Positions 25,265 through 38,453 are shown, counted from the whole stretch's first letter. The stretch is DNA of 63,790 nt, filler included, from Octopus bimaculoides (GCF_001194135.2; 7 parts of 7 records of this genome joined end to end with filler, not necessarily neighbours in it); one strand, 5' to 3'. The notes: generated by a model from the letters alone, not told the origin. Program-made: numbers and translations.

Positions 25265-25452
25265 CCCATGTAACCATTAAAAGAAAGACGATGATCCATG
25301 AAGAAATTATTATGCATAGGAAGGGCATCCAGCCATAGAAACCATACCAAAATAGATAATGGAACATAATGCAGTCCTTGAACCCATCGGATCCTGTCAA
25401 ACTCTCCAACCCATGCCAGCATGGGACAGGAGACGTTAGATGATGATGAAAT
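25265..25452 (+). mobile_element. RTE LINE 3' tail fragment
   Basis: ggaagggcatccagccatagaaac...caacccatgccagcatgg...acgttagatgatgatg. Confidence 0.7.
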
Positions 25453-25962
25453 GTTACTTAGCTCCAGGTCAGTCCTGGTCAAGATGACCTATGAGCATAG
25501 CATTTTTTCAAATAAGTCATTTATTTAAGATGGTAGAATGTGATTTGAGGGCGATCTGGTTTCTATTTCTAGCAGGTTGAGTGCTAGAAATGGCTCTGCA
25601 GACTCATTTGTGAATATTTGCATACAGCTATGTGTGTATGTGTATGTGTGATTATGCACATGTATACATGTGTGAGTGTGTGTGCATGCATGCATGTATG
25701 TGCATAGGTATGTGTATGTTTTAGTGTGTGTATCTTTTATCATATTCTGTTCACTTCTTTTACCAATACTCTTGTGCATGTGTGTGCATACGGATGTGCC
25801 TATGTGCATGTGCATGCACATTTGTATGCACATGTGTGTATATGTATATGTGTGTGTATTTGTACGTTTATGTACATGTGTGCATACACAAATATGTATG
25901 TGTGTGTGTGTGTGTGCATATGTCTGTGTGTCTGAGTGTCTCTCTCTTCTAATCATACCTAC

Positions 25963-26096
25963 CATATTCACCAGTGATGGTAGTAGCTACAAGTGCTCCT
26001 GCAAAATTTGGGTATTTCTTGATTATGGGAATCAAAGCTTTTCTCGTTGCTTCTCTTGGACTTAAACCCTCTTGCATCAAGAGAACAGTATGGAAG
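25963..26096 (-). CDS. AGA: Aspartylglucosaminidase exon 7
   Basis: ttcag| FHTVLLMQEGLSPREATRKALIPIIKKYPNFAGALVATTITGEY(G) |gtaggt; 134 bp, phases 2 and 1. Confidence 0.92.
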
Positions 26097-26204
26097 CTGA
26101 AAGAACAAAATGGAAAAAGAACGTTGGGTGCATTATGAACAATAGTTATGTTGAAATACATTGAGCTGTCAGATAAACTTATTTCTTTTTCCCCTAGTAA
26201 TTGG

Positions 26205-26365
26205 CACAGGTGTGGCTGTGTGGCAAGAGGCTTGCTTCCCAATCAGATGGTTCTGAGTTCAGTACCACTGTGTGCCACCTTGGGCAAGTGTCTTTTACTT
26301 CAGCTTCAAGCCATCCAAAGCCTTGTAAGTGGATTTGGTAGATGGAAGCTGAAAGAAGCCCCATT
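26205..26365 (+). mobile_element. Head portion of the composite SINE
   Basis: ggtgtggctgtgtggcaagaggcttgcttcccaa...ggaagctgaaagaagccc. Confidence 0.75.
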
Positions 26366-26756
26366 GTTTTGGGATCACCACTACTTTATTATCTCCCCTT
26401 CTTCCTAGCACTCCTGTCTCACCACCTCTATCTGGCCATTACCATGATTGACCGCTAGCTACTAAAGCTTTCTGTTTTTATTCTCTCTCTGTTTATTTTC
26501 TCGTGTTCCTTTCTGTTGAATAGCTTAGGCTCGAAACGTAAAAGACTTTCTCACCTTCGCGAGTGTTAAACTAATACACTTGTTTGTTGTTACACANNNN
26601 NNNNNNNNNNNNNNNNNNNNNNNNNNNNNNNNNNNNNNNNNNNNNNNNNNNNNNNNNNNNNNNNNNNNNNNNNNNNNNNNNNNNNNNNNNNNNNNNNNNN
26701 NNNNNNNNNNNNNNNNNNNNNNNNNNNNNNNNNNNNNNNNNNNNTATATATATATT

Positions 26757-27135
26757 GGAGGTGCAATGGCCCAGTGGTTAGGGCAGCGGACTCGCGGTCG
26801 TAGGATCGTGGTTTCGATTCCTAGACCACGCATTGTGAGTGTTTATTGAGTGAAAACACCCAAAGTACCACAAAGCAGGGGATGGTGGCGAACTCTGCTG
26901 TACTCTTTCACCACAACTTTCTCTCACTCTTTCTTCCTATTTCTGTTGTACCTGTATGTCAAAGGGCCAGTCTTCTCACACTCTGTGTCACGCTGAATCT
27001 CCCCGAGAACTACGTTAAGGGTACACGTGTCTGTAGAGTGAGTGTTCAGCCCCTTGCATGTTAATTTCATGAGCAGGCTGTTCCGTTGATCAGATCAACT
27101 GGAACCCTCGTCGTTGTAACCGACAGAGTGCCAAA
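26757..27135 (+). mobile_element. Family-B SINE with complete tRNA-Arg-like head
   Basis: ggaggtgcaatggcccagtggttagggcagcggactcgcggtcgtaggatcgtggtttcgattcc...gagtgccaa. Confidence 0.85.
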
Positions 27136-28073
27136 TATAATATATATATATATATATGTCTATGTGTCTCTTCGTGTCTGTGTGTCTTCCCTGCCTACCA
27201 CACTGTTTGACAACAGGTGTTGGTTTGTTTATGTCCCCATAACTTAGCAATTCCATGAAATAAAGCAACATAATAAACACCAAGCTTAAGAAAAAAAAAA
27301 CACTGTAGTTGATTCATCCAACTTAAAATTCTTCAAGGCGGTGCCCCAGCATGACCACAGTCTAACGACTGAAAAAAGTCTTAAGATAAAAGATTTATAT
27401 TAATTCTTTCCACTGATATTTGGATTAACATGAAAAAGTGTTTTATTGGATTTTTTGTAGTTCTGTTCTTCCCTCACAACTTTTATTTATAGCCTTTGAA
27501 ATTTGAATAAATTTTACCTCTTTTCATCTGATAACCCAAGGGCTGATCTCAAGATTGGTATACTGTGACTCCGTATAATGATAACAAAGTCTCTTTCTGA
27601 GTCATATAGACTCATAGGACCAGTTTCCTGGTTTCTATAATTTATATATTTCTCACTGGATAGCATGGCAGTCCATTGCAGGATTACTCATTTTTGCCAG
27701 TTGAGTGAACTGTAGCAACATGAAATAAAGTGTCTTGCTTAAGAACACAATGCATTTCCTGGCCCAGGGATTGAAAACCATAATTTTACAATCATGAGTC
27801 GTACACCCTAACTACTAAGCCATGTACCTCCACATACTGGGGCTCTCAGTCCCCTCCTATTTATCAGAGTCCTACAGGCCATCACTGAGTAGTTTAAGAC
27901 TGGCTGTTTGAGGGAACTCATACATGTTGATGATCAAGTTCTCATAGCTGAATCTATAAAGGAATTAGGAAGATAAACCTGGAGCTTAAGCAGTTTCAAG
28001 GTGAACTTAACAGAGACGAAAGTTTTAATTAGTAGGTGTATATTTGTAGTGTATATATTATTGCTTTACTGAC

Positions 28074-28181
28074 CTTGGTAAAAATCTCATCATAACGTCT
28101 CCATCACCTGTAGCTACAGCACCACCGACTGCATTGTCCACATAAGCACCAGCACCAACAATTGGTGAATCACCAACTCTC
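28074..28181 (-). CDS. AGA: Aspartylglucosaminidase exon 6
   Basis: ttcag| [35 protein letters not shown] |gtcagt; 108 bp; contains RVGDSP and TGDG motifs. Confidence 0.95.
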
Positions 28182-29349
28182 CTGAAAATGAAGATCTGCT
28201 TTGAATTATTCTGTTATGATAAAGAACAGTGAAATCTGTTTGAGATTTTTGATAAAAAAAAAAAATTCTTATTTCGTTTTTGTATCTCTCCAGATACAAC
28301 ATAGTAGCTGACTTGGGTCTAAACATCAGAAGCTACAACTCAAAAACACCCTGACTTCTGCTAAGTAAAACATTTAAATACATCTTTTACCTTTGAACTG
28401 AAAGATAAATTACTTATCAAGACTTTGTAATAATAACATTGCTGTCAAAAGAATTCTAATATTCTATGCTAAAACTGTGTACAATCTACAATATTTACAT
28501 AGTGATTCTTTTATCACTATTTTGGCAAGTTCTGTGTAGTCTATGCTTTGTTGATGATGCTGTCACAGAAATGGCAAAACATGTTTGGAGTTGTCTCCCA
28601 TACTTGTTGAACTAAAATAATATTGGTTATTTATTAATAACTATTTCCTTCTCATATAATAATTTCTAGTTAGCTTTCTTTTAATGCTCTTAGGCATTAT
28701 TAACAACAACAACAACAATCTTTTCTACCATAGGTACAAGGCCTGAAATTTTAGAGAGGGAGCTGGTTGATTACATCGACCCCAGCACTTGAGTGGTACT
28801 TTATTTTAATGACCCTGAACAGATGAAATGCAAATTGACCCTTGCAATATTTGAATGCAAAACTTAAAGCTGGAAGCATTTTGATACTTTAATGAATGTT
28901 AATTTTCATCTTTGTCATTTTAACAACCAATTTTCTATGCTTGTATGAGTCAAACAAATGTTGTTGGAATGGATTTTTCTAAAGCCAGATTCTCTTTCTG
29001 CTGCCAACCCACAAATGATTCCGAGTAAGGTAAATATTTCCCTTTGTCTTTTGGGTAGGCTAGGTATACTTTGGTGGATGGATTCTAAACAAATGACATT
29101 TTCCATGTGTATGGAGTATGTGAGTTATTTATTCTCTAAACCATGCTAAATGATGATGACGGTGATGATGAGTTCAAGTTTTAATACTCACTGCATTAAA
29201 AATAATAATACAAACCCAACTAATGTCTAAAAACAACCAAGAAATCAGAGATAAAGAGCAGCAGTAAAGGATCAAGCATGAATATATTCAAAGAAAGAAG
29301 AAAAAACGAAAAATTACAGAAACATATTTTAAAATTAAAAATTACAAAC

Positions 29350-29552
29350 CCAGGAATTTTGTGGGTCATTCCATTTGTGGTAGTTCCTCCTGCAATATTA
29401 CCTTTGGCATCAACAACAAGCATACCAATTGTGTCATGGTTAGTTTCGGAGATATCAGGTGAATTTTGTGGGTCATGGAATTTGTAAAGAGGGTTGTCAC
29501 GATTGGCAGGTTTGTAAGGTCCACAGTGTTTTCTAGGGTCTGGTTCAACATC
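29350..29552 (-). CDS. AGA: Aspartylglucosaminidase exon 5 (autocleavage site HD/T)
   Basis: caacag| DVEPDPRKHCGPYKP...NHDTIGMLVVDAKGNIAGGTTTNGMTHKIPG |gtttgt; 203 bp. Confidence 0.95.
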
Positions 29553-30334
29553 CTGTTGAAGAAATATAATGGTAATTTATAACTATAGCCATGGATAAAT
29601 GTTTTCCAATCTGGGGTGCTAGCTCAAAAGTGGGACACCTAAATTTATTTCATGGTGTGCTTGGAATTCAAATCAAACTTTATCTGCATTTAAATGCCTT
29701 TATGGAATATTTAAAGGGTAGGGTTGGCCAATGTGACAGGACATCTAAGTGGGTGCTGGACTAACAAAGGTTAGGAAACAATGTGATAGATTTCCATTTT
29801 AATTATATATATGTGAAGAAAAATTTGACTTGATAATACGAATTAATTTTTTTGTTATACATTCCCAGCATAAAAGTGGGGTTAAGTCTACATGGTTAAG
29901 AAATTTGTATCCTAGCCGAGTGGTTCAAGGTTTGATTGCATTGTGCAGCATAGAGGAGCATCAGGTTGACCAATAGCTTCTGAGTAGAAGTTGTTTGAAG
30001 GAATTTGCACAGAAGTTGTTTACACATGCATCATCATCATCATCAATTAATGCCCGTTTTCCATGCTGGTATGGGTTGGACAGTTTGACTGGTGCTGGCG
30101 AGCTGGAAGCCTGCACCAGGTTTCAGTCTTTGCTTTGGTAAAGTTTCTATACCTGTTTCAGGTTCAGTTCTGCTGTATGGAACTGAACCTGAAACCTTGT
30201 TGTTGGGAAGCAAACCACTTAACAAACAGCCATGTATATTTTTTAAAGGGCATTGACATTAGGAATGAAGCTATTTGCTATGTAATACATGATCTAAGAT
30301 ACTTACTTTCTAATACATGATCTAAGTCACTTAC

Positions 30335-30447
30335 TTTCCAGTAGTTTGGTTGACATTTACCTGAACGCCACTTCTTCCACACTGCTATTGATTCATTTGT
30401 ATGCAGATCTGATTCCTTAAAGCCCATTTGAAGAGCAAATTTCGTGG
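30335..30447 (-). CDS. AGA: Aspartylglucosaminidase exon 4
   Basis: ttgcag| [38 protein letters not shown] |gtaagt; 113 bp. Confidence 0.95.
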
Positions 30448-30599
30448 CTGCAACAAAACCAAAACAAAAGCAGATTAAACAACTATAATTCCTGTTTTAA
30501 TTAACTGTAATGGACAAAGTATATATATAAAATATAATTAGTTATAACAGTTTAAAAAGGTTTTTTTTCCATCTTTTAAAGGGAGTGTTTTTTATCAAA

Positions 30600-31290
30600 T
30601 TTTCAGTTGTTTCTTGGGTGTCATTCTCTCTCCTTCACATTCATCACATTCAGCAACTTCTCACAACAACATGTTCAAGCCTGTTTCTTCTCACAAGCAG
30701 TGAAAGTAAGTATGTTGTTATCTTTCAACACACAATTTTCCCCAGCAACGTTTTGATTGACACTGACATATGGCTTTGTAATGTAAAACCCATCAGACCC
30801 CTGATCCTCACACTGCAGAACATTGGAAAACTTCTTACTTTGGGTTTTTCTTTCAAGCTACACATACCTAACTCTATGCTTCTCTTCTGGTTACTTGCAA
30901 ATATTTCCAGCTACTTGATCCATCCATCCTTCCATCCATTTTCTCTAGCCACTATTCATGGGAGGGTTGTGGGGTGTAGAGTCTCCAGGCACTTTTTCCT
31001 TAGGGTCCTATACAACACTATTGTCATTACACTTTCAGGCTAGATTAACGAGCATTACCAACTGAGACTATGGATATTATCCAACCATCTTCTTTTAATC
31101 AACCCCTGCATCTCCTGCCAGTTGGCTCAGCTTGATGAACCCATTTTGTGATTCTTTCTTGTGACATTCTAATCACATGTCCAAAGTGACCTCTCAATGT
31201 GGAGAAGTAGTGGCTTGACCTGGAAATAATCCCTGACCTGCCAGTTGTGCGCCCCAGTCAAGAGATCTCAATATCGTTCCCAAGTTAAAT
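30600..31290 (-). mobile_element. Two decayed RTE LINE fragments in AGA intron 3
   Basis: 31030-31290: FGHVIRMSQERITK...GRRCRG..RRWLDNIH (C-terminal RTE motif). 30600-30900: EKKQA..EKLLNVMNV. Confidence 0.55.
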
Positions 31291-31719
31291 CATAACAAAT
31301 GGAATTTAAAAGAAAAAAGAAAACAAACCTGTGATGATTGACCACAGTAAATATCAACCGTCACATTTCCAGCTGACCAAATGGTTTGTTTACTATTGTA
31401 GTAGAAAGTCCCAGTCATTTTTGCTACCAAAGTATTCTATATTTGTGAAAATTATTGATTGAATATTAAATGTGAATAAGTCTATAAACATGCAAATGTT
31501 TTACTTGGCATATATTTTCAAAATATGCTGTTAATCTTCAAGTTATGTAAACAAACAAGTTAGTAGTGCTTGGAAAAATCTTTAATCATAAGTCTCCTAA
31601 ATCAATACTAACATGCACTCAATAATAGAAACAAAAACCAGGCCAACCATTGTGATATTATTAATATAAAATATCTGATAAACAAAGCAGGACACTGATT
31701 CTTAATTTAGTAATTTTAC

Positions 31720-31832
31720 CTGCATCTCCAACAAGCAGTGTATGGTCAGTATATTTCATCACTGCACGGGCCACAGATATTGCTGACTTCACCCTTCTCA
31801 GGTCAGCAACTGCTCCAACAGAATGAGTGATT
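31720..31832 (-). CDS. AGA: Aspartylglucosaminidase exon 3
   Basis: ttgtag| [37 protein letters not shown] |gtaaaa; 113 bp. Confidence 0.95.
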
Positions 31833-32359
31833 CTACAAAATTGATAAAAATATATAAACTAATTGTGCATTTGTAAAAAGGCATGGTTTTATGATTAACA
31901 AGTTCATTTCTTATGATTAAGAATTTCATTTTGCTCCAGGTCTATTGCATGGCACAGTACCTTGGCTAGAGCAGTGGTTTTGAACCATTTCTTTTGTCAT
32001 ATATAAACCCCTTTGATTACTATTTTACTCTGGTGGACCCCCATAACCAATCGAATATGGTAGGGGTCAACCAGACTTTTATGGATGCTACTTTCAAAAT
32101 TTTTTATTTTGTCTATCAAACATTTCTTTGTGTAGGCTGAACTATGTAAAATGTTAGAGAAAGAAATGTAACTGTTTCTTGCAATATATACATCAAAAGC
32201 AAAATTTGTTTATGGATCATATAAGGACCACAAGGGCTCATACGGACCCTGGTTAAGAACCAATGAGCTACAGCCTTTCAACAAAGATTCAGGTTGTCTA
32301 ATATACTGTGGGTGAAATTTAGTAAACAGAAAACATGCAGAATCCCACTATACATGTAT

Positions 32360-32395
<36 letters not shown>

Positions 32396-32639
32396 ATCAG
32401 TAACAAGTTTGCTGATATATCAGTGGCAAGTACAAAATTACCTTGTGGTACTATGTGAGTAATGTCCATGAATGCTGAGGTTATGGAGATGACATTAAAA
32501 AAAAAACAATCACCACAAACAAGTATCTGTTTTTAACATGGACCATGCTCTTGTTAATTCCATTAGTCATGACCAGACGTAGACACTCTCTTAACTCTTA
32601 AACCATGTAGCTCAGTGACACATCCAGGTTGCGACAAGC

Positions 32640-32648
32640 AGAGAGAGA

Positions 32649-32740
<92 letters not shown>
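32640..32740. repeat. (GA)n microsatellite
   Basis: About 50 GA units. Confidence 0.95.
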
Positions 32741-32744
<4 letters not shown>

Positions 32745-32845
32745 CCAGTCGTTGGTTGGCACACAAAAATGAACTGCTTTCCTCAATGCCAATTGTTATC
32801 CAGTCTGGAAATTGAAATATATAGTTGAAATATAAAGCACGTTAC

Positions 32846-33005
32846 CCTTCCATTATCATTGCATCAAGAGTTGTTTCTCCATTTTCATCTGGTGATCCAC
32901 CATATCCAACACTTGAGCCGCACTGTCGATGCAAATCACACATGGAGCATCCATGTTCAATGGCATCTAAAGCAGATGTTCCTTTACTGTTGATCACACT
33001 CCAAG
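32846..33005 (-). CDS. AGA: Aspartylglucosaminidase exon 2
   Basis: ttaaag| (A)[53 protein letters not shown] |gtaacg; 160 bp. Confidence 0.95.
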
Positions 33006-34699
33006 CTTTAAAACAGATTAAAAATAACAAACAGAAAAAAAAAAACTGAGAGAATGGGGCCATTGCAATTATCTTCTGGCACCACTCCCAATAGACATTA
33101 CAGTTACCCCCTGTCATCATTTCTCACAGAACAGACATCAAAGATACTGCTACTGCTACTAGTACCAACACATCCCAATCAGTTACCTCCTGCAACCACT
33201 TCCCTCAGAAATCATATTTTCTTCCTACCTCTACTCCCCACAGTAGTGGGGAGTAGAGGTGACCTCCTGCTATTACTTCTCAAACATCATAGTTACCTCC
33301 CATTACCACTCTCACCAGTTACATTCACCTAAACACATCAAAATTACCTTCTCCAACCCTTCATCAGCCACCTCAACACGTCTGTTGGTTTGGTCATGCA
33401 CAATGTCATTAATGGAGTGTATCTCTTTATGATGTAGTTGTATCCAAGTACCTCCTGAGATAGCATAAACAGCAAAATAGGTAGCTATAAATGTTGACTA
33501 GTACAATAAAGTTAGATCTTGAATCAATATATATATGAAGGGGTGCTGAAAACTTCACAAGATGTAAAGATTACAATTTAGCAAAATCCAGAATTCCACA
33601 GGTTGCAGACAGAACACCACATTACACATTGAGACAAAAATATACAAAATGTAAGACAACTTTTACAGATGAAAAACTCAGTTTTTTCCCCCAAACTTCA
33701 CAGACCTTACCATTATCATAGCAATCACCACAATATTGTGCTAAGGAACTCTCCCTTCCACTCAGTCCACACAAAAGACAAACAATAAAACAAACACACA
33801 CAAAAGTAACAGTGGTATCAGTAACCTGTTTAGCCACAAACGCTATGCTGGAATGTACAACACCAGAGATAAATGAAAAGGGAGCAACAAAAACTAAGTG
33901 GCATATTGGCTCAGTTGTTAGAACATCCGATAGAAAACCTCAAGGTATTTGTTGTGACTTACTACATTGTGAGTTCAAATCCTGCCGAGGTCAACTTTAC
34001 CTTTCATGTTTTTGGAGTCAATAAAGAAGTGCCAATCTAGAGTAGCTGATTGGCAGAGATGTAAGAACATCAGACTAGATGCTTTGCAGTAATTGTTCCA
34101 ATTCTTTGTGTTCAAATTCTACCTTAGCCTATTTAAGTGGTAAGCGGAATCTATTACCCAGTTTAGCACCAACACCTGGTCCATGGGTGCCTTTAGCAGA
34201 GTCTACTCTGTTGCCAGCATTCACCCTAAGTCTCTAGTTTGATGATATCTTCCCCACTCCAAAGAATCTTGGAGGCCCCTGTAAAGAGTGACGGGCACTG
34301 CATTCCTTCCTAAAAAATTTAGGCTCAGATGTCGTCAAGACCTATAGGTGGGCAAGGAAAAATTGGACAGCAGAGAAATTATGACATGCTTAGGCTGCCA
34401 GATTGCAGCGTGTATTATAAACTACTGGCTGTTGAACATATAGTGTGCTTCTCAACTATAGAGAAATATGATATTCCTGGAATGCTATATTTACCAATCA
34501 CTTCCAGGTATTTTGCTGACTATTCATAAATCATTGGTCTTCTGGGTCAAGGTTAACTGAACTACATAGCAACGATATAAAACAAATATATATATGAATT
34601 CGTTCATACAGTGGACCTGGTGCCTTTTGTGGAAGCTTTTGCCCACTTTTCAGGACCGAGTGGTTCATGCTTGACTGCTGCTGGCATAGCAGAACCCTT

Positions 34700-35090
34700 C
34701 TCCATTTTGATCTTTGGAGATCTGCTTTCCATTCTGGCATGGGTTGGACAGTTTGATCAGAACTGGTAAGTTGGAGAGCTGCAGCAAGTTCCTGTCTGGT
34801 TTGGCATGGTTTCTATGGCTGGACGCCTTTCCTAACGCCAACCACTCCAAAAGTGTATTTTTACATGCCACCAGCTTGGGTACCTTCACGTGCCACTGGC
34901 ACATAAGTCTTCCCAAGTATGGCATATCGCCATGGTCTCAGTCACTTGTCATCACCTCCACAAGTCCCAACGTTTGAAGATCATGCTTCACCACCTCATC
35001 CCATGTCTTCCTGGGTCTACTGCTTCTACAGGTTCCCTCCACAGTTACAGACTGGCACTTCTTTACATAGTTGTCCTCATCATCTATGAC
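34700..35090 (-). mobile_element. RTE LINE 3' end (ORF2 C-terminus + 3'UTR)
   Basis: DEDNYVKKCQSVTVEGTCRSSRPRKTWDEVVKHDLQTLGL followed by the shared tail. Confidence 0.8.
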
Positions 35091-35235
35091 TATGATTTCA
35101 CTTGGAAGTTAATATTTATTATACAAATCACTACCCTAGATGCAGGCAGAGTGGTAAGAAGTAGGTGAGGGCTGGCAGCAAGAAAGGCCACTAGCTGTAG
35201 AAAATCTAAATCAGCAAACTCCATCTAACTCATGA

Positions 35236-35418
35236 GGGTGACACGTAAAAAGCACCCACTACACTCTCTGAGTGGTTGGCGTTAGGAAGGGCATCCAGCT
35301 GTAGAAACTCTGCCAAATTAGATTGGAGCCTGGTGTAGCCATCCGGTTGCACCAGTCCTCAGTCAAATCGTCCAACCCATGCTAGCATGGAAAGCGGACG
35401 TTAAACGATGATGATGAC
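35236..35418 (+). mobile_element. RTE LINE 3' tail, little diverged
   Basis: gtggttggcgttaggaagggcatccagctgtagaaac...gcatggaaagcggacgttaaacgatgatgatg. Confidence 0.85.
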
Positions 35419-37867
35419 TACTCTCATTTATTATATGATGCAAGCTTTCTGCTAATACAATGGCCAATTTGGAATGCTTGATTTGTTTTCCTTTTTCTGT
35501 TCTGCCCATCTATTCTCCAAATGTGTTCCCATACTTAATTAATCATTTTGATTCAGTAGTTTTCTATTCATTACATGTTCAGCATTTTACTCTTATATTT
35601 TTACTCATAAGAAGAAAGATATGAGCTCTTAAGTAATGATACATGCAACCCATATAAAAAAAAAAAAACAAAAAGACAGGGAATACCTAACAATAAGAAC
35701 AAAATATTTTGAGAAGGAAAAGATTCTTAACTCAATCCAGGTTTTTTTTGCTCATTTAAAAAAATTTTTGTAACGGTAACACATTGATGTTCCTCTTCCC
35801 AGCAGATTCCAGCAGGAAAAGTAACCAATGATAAGCTTTAAGAAATTACTCTGACAAGCAAATATATTCATTCATTGCATGCCAGTTGTGGATAAATGAT
35901 TATAGGAACAACGAAGAGGATGAGGCAGCTTACAACAATGACAAAACCTGATCTATCAATAAACAATGCTACCAACTATTTAAAAAATATTTGTCATAAT
36001 CTCTTTTTGAATATTTAACATTGTCATAGGCTCAGGCATAGTTGTGTGATTAAGAAACTTGTAGCAGACAGAAAATTGTAGAAATGTGTGTGTGTATGTG
36101 TGTGTACAGATGCGTGCATGTATATATGTATATATGCCTGTCTGTCTAGCTATGAGAAATATTATCTTGGAAACAAGTAAGCCTTGGCAACAGGAAGTAT
36201 ATCACCCATAGAAAATCTGCCTTGAATTCCACCTGACCCATGCAAACTCAGTAAAGTGGAAATTAAATGTTGATGATGATGATGATAATAGATTTATCAT
36301 TACTTCTTTCTCTGTCACTTTACCCAAACACTATACAAAGATCTTTGTTCCACTAACATCCTCTGGGCATAATTCACAGATCCAGCACTTCAGATTGTCC
36401 ATCTCTTATTCTAGTTGTAGACAATACAGTACTCTATGACATGTGCTGGTTTATACCTTGTCATCCTTCTTTCTTTACGAGTGGGGCGACTCTGTGACAC
36501 TTCTGCGTTACCCTTTTGGTCATCTTTCTCGTTCTGACTTGCAGAAATGTCATTGATATTCGTTAATTTCCGTAATTTTAAAAAATTTATTTACTTTTGT
36601 TTTAAAGTGAAAGAGAGGAGAAAATGAATATGTACATGTATATGAAATGGACGTGTGAGAGAGAGAGAATGAAGGGGTGTGTTGGCATGTATATGTACAT
36701 CCATAAATACATATGCATATATCTTTTTTCTATGTATGCGTGTGAGGGAGAGAGAGAAGGCATGTGTTCTCATGTATGCCATTTTTTGCCACTCCCTCTC
36801 TCTCTCATACACACTCGCACACATACATACAAAAAAAGAAAAGATGTATGTATACATAACAACACAAGACTTTCGCCTGCCCCCCTAAAAAAAAAAAAAA
36901 CACCCTTAAAAAAATTTTTTTTTCGACACTTTTCGGCTACGGGGAATACGAATCCGCAAAACAATTGGCAAAAATCGGCATTTTAAAATTACCACCCCTA
37001 TTTCCTTCATTTTTTTACTTTTTTCAGAAATTTTCAGAATTTTTTTCCTTCAAAATATGCGGAAAAATACGGAGATTATGATTCTGAAAAAAATTTCCCA
37101 AAAGTTTTGTAAAATTTTTTTTAAAGAATTTTTTTTCTTTTCTAAATATGCGGAAAAATACGGACNNNNNNNNNNNNNNNNNNNNNNNNNNNNNNNNNNN
37201 NNNNNNNNNNNNNNNNNNNNNNNNNNNNNNNNNNNNNNNNNNNNNNNNNNNNNNNNNNNNNNNNNNNNNNNNNNNNNNNNNNNNNNNNNNNNNNNNNNNN
37301 NNNNNNNNNNNNNNNNNNNNNNNNNNNNNNNNNNNNNNNNNNNNNNNNNNNNNNNNNNNNNNNNNNNNNNNNNNNNNNNNNNNNNNNNNNNNNNNNNNNN
37401 AAAAAAAAAAAAAAAAAAAAATTAATAAACAAATTTGGGATAAAATGGGGGCGGAAGTCCTTCGCGAAGGATGACCAATCTTTTAAGTGCTTAAGACTGT
37501 TATGACTTAATCCAGCCCTGGGTCCAGAAATCAAACCCCGATCCCAAGATACGGCATGGCTTTGTATGTATTTATGTTTGTCTACTATTACACAGAATCA
37601 CATGAACATGACTCATGTTGTTTGCGCTTTATAACAATCTATTGGAGGCTTGACCTCAACAGTTAGTAATATTTGATTCAGGATGTATTTTGCTGGAGTT
37701 ATACTTTATCTTTTCTTTATTTTCTTTCTATTCTTCCCTTGTAGATGCTGTTTATGTATGCAATGAAAACGTTAATTTGACATAAACAATGGTTATTAAA
37801 GTTATTTAAACATAAGAGAACAATAACATATTGCAATAAGAAGAGTAAAAGTATTTATAAAAGTTAC

Positions 37868-37979
37868 CTTTCGCATTTGCTGTAATAAAAGGCCATGTAT
37901 TTATGACTATAGGTAAGTTTGAACTCGCAGATCGAGCGACAAAAATAAAGAAGAATAATAAACACACCATCTGTGACAT
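37868..37979 (-). CDS. AGA: Aspartylglucosaminidase exon 1 (signal peptide)
   Basis: MSQMVCLLFFFIFVARSASSNLPIVINTWPFITANAK |gtaact; LPIVINTWPF matches the family N-terminus. The eight exons sum to 1053 nt (350 aa + stop) with consistent phases. Confidence 0.92.
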
Positions 37980-38453
37980 GATTCAACAAGAAATGAAATT
38001 TCAGTATAGGCTTAGAGTTATCTCCCCTTAGAAAGTTAGTAATGTAACCAGCTTCTGGGAAGGGCAATTGGCAACGATTTATTTCAACTTTAAACTCGTA
38101 ATTCATTTTGTTCCATTGTTTATTCAGTGTTATTTTTTAAACATACAATTGCTTTGTTTTGTTAACGAGTTTCCTGTCTTCTGCAGAAACTCTTAGTTGT
38201 AGTTGAAATAATACTCTATATTTATTTTCACTCGAAGTGTTATTAAGCGAATAGAGTAAGTTTGTTCGATCAAGTAATACTGTTGCGACAGTAAATGACT
38301 TCAAAGCGAAACATAATTGATTTGATGAATTTATGAGGTTAAAATACATGAAGTATGGTGGCAAGTAGAACGTTTTAAGTTAGTAAACTCATGAAACTTC
38401 AACTGTTCGTTTGGTATGTTGATTCACTGTTTATTTCTATTTTTCTGGACCAT

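Noticed and set aside
33006-33120. ORF-track N-terminus MMTGG...[19 protein letters not shown] as the AGA signal peptide
   Set aside because: This is the polypyrimidine tract and acceptor of intron 1; the true exon 1 with LPIVINTWPF is at 37868-37979.
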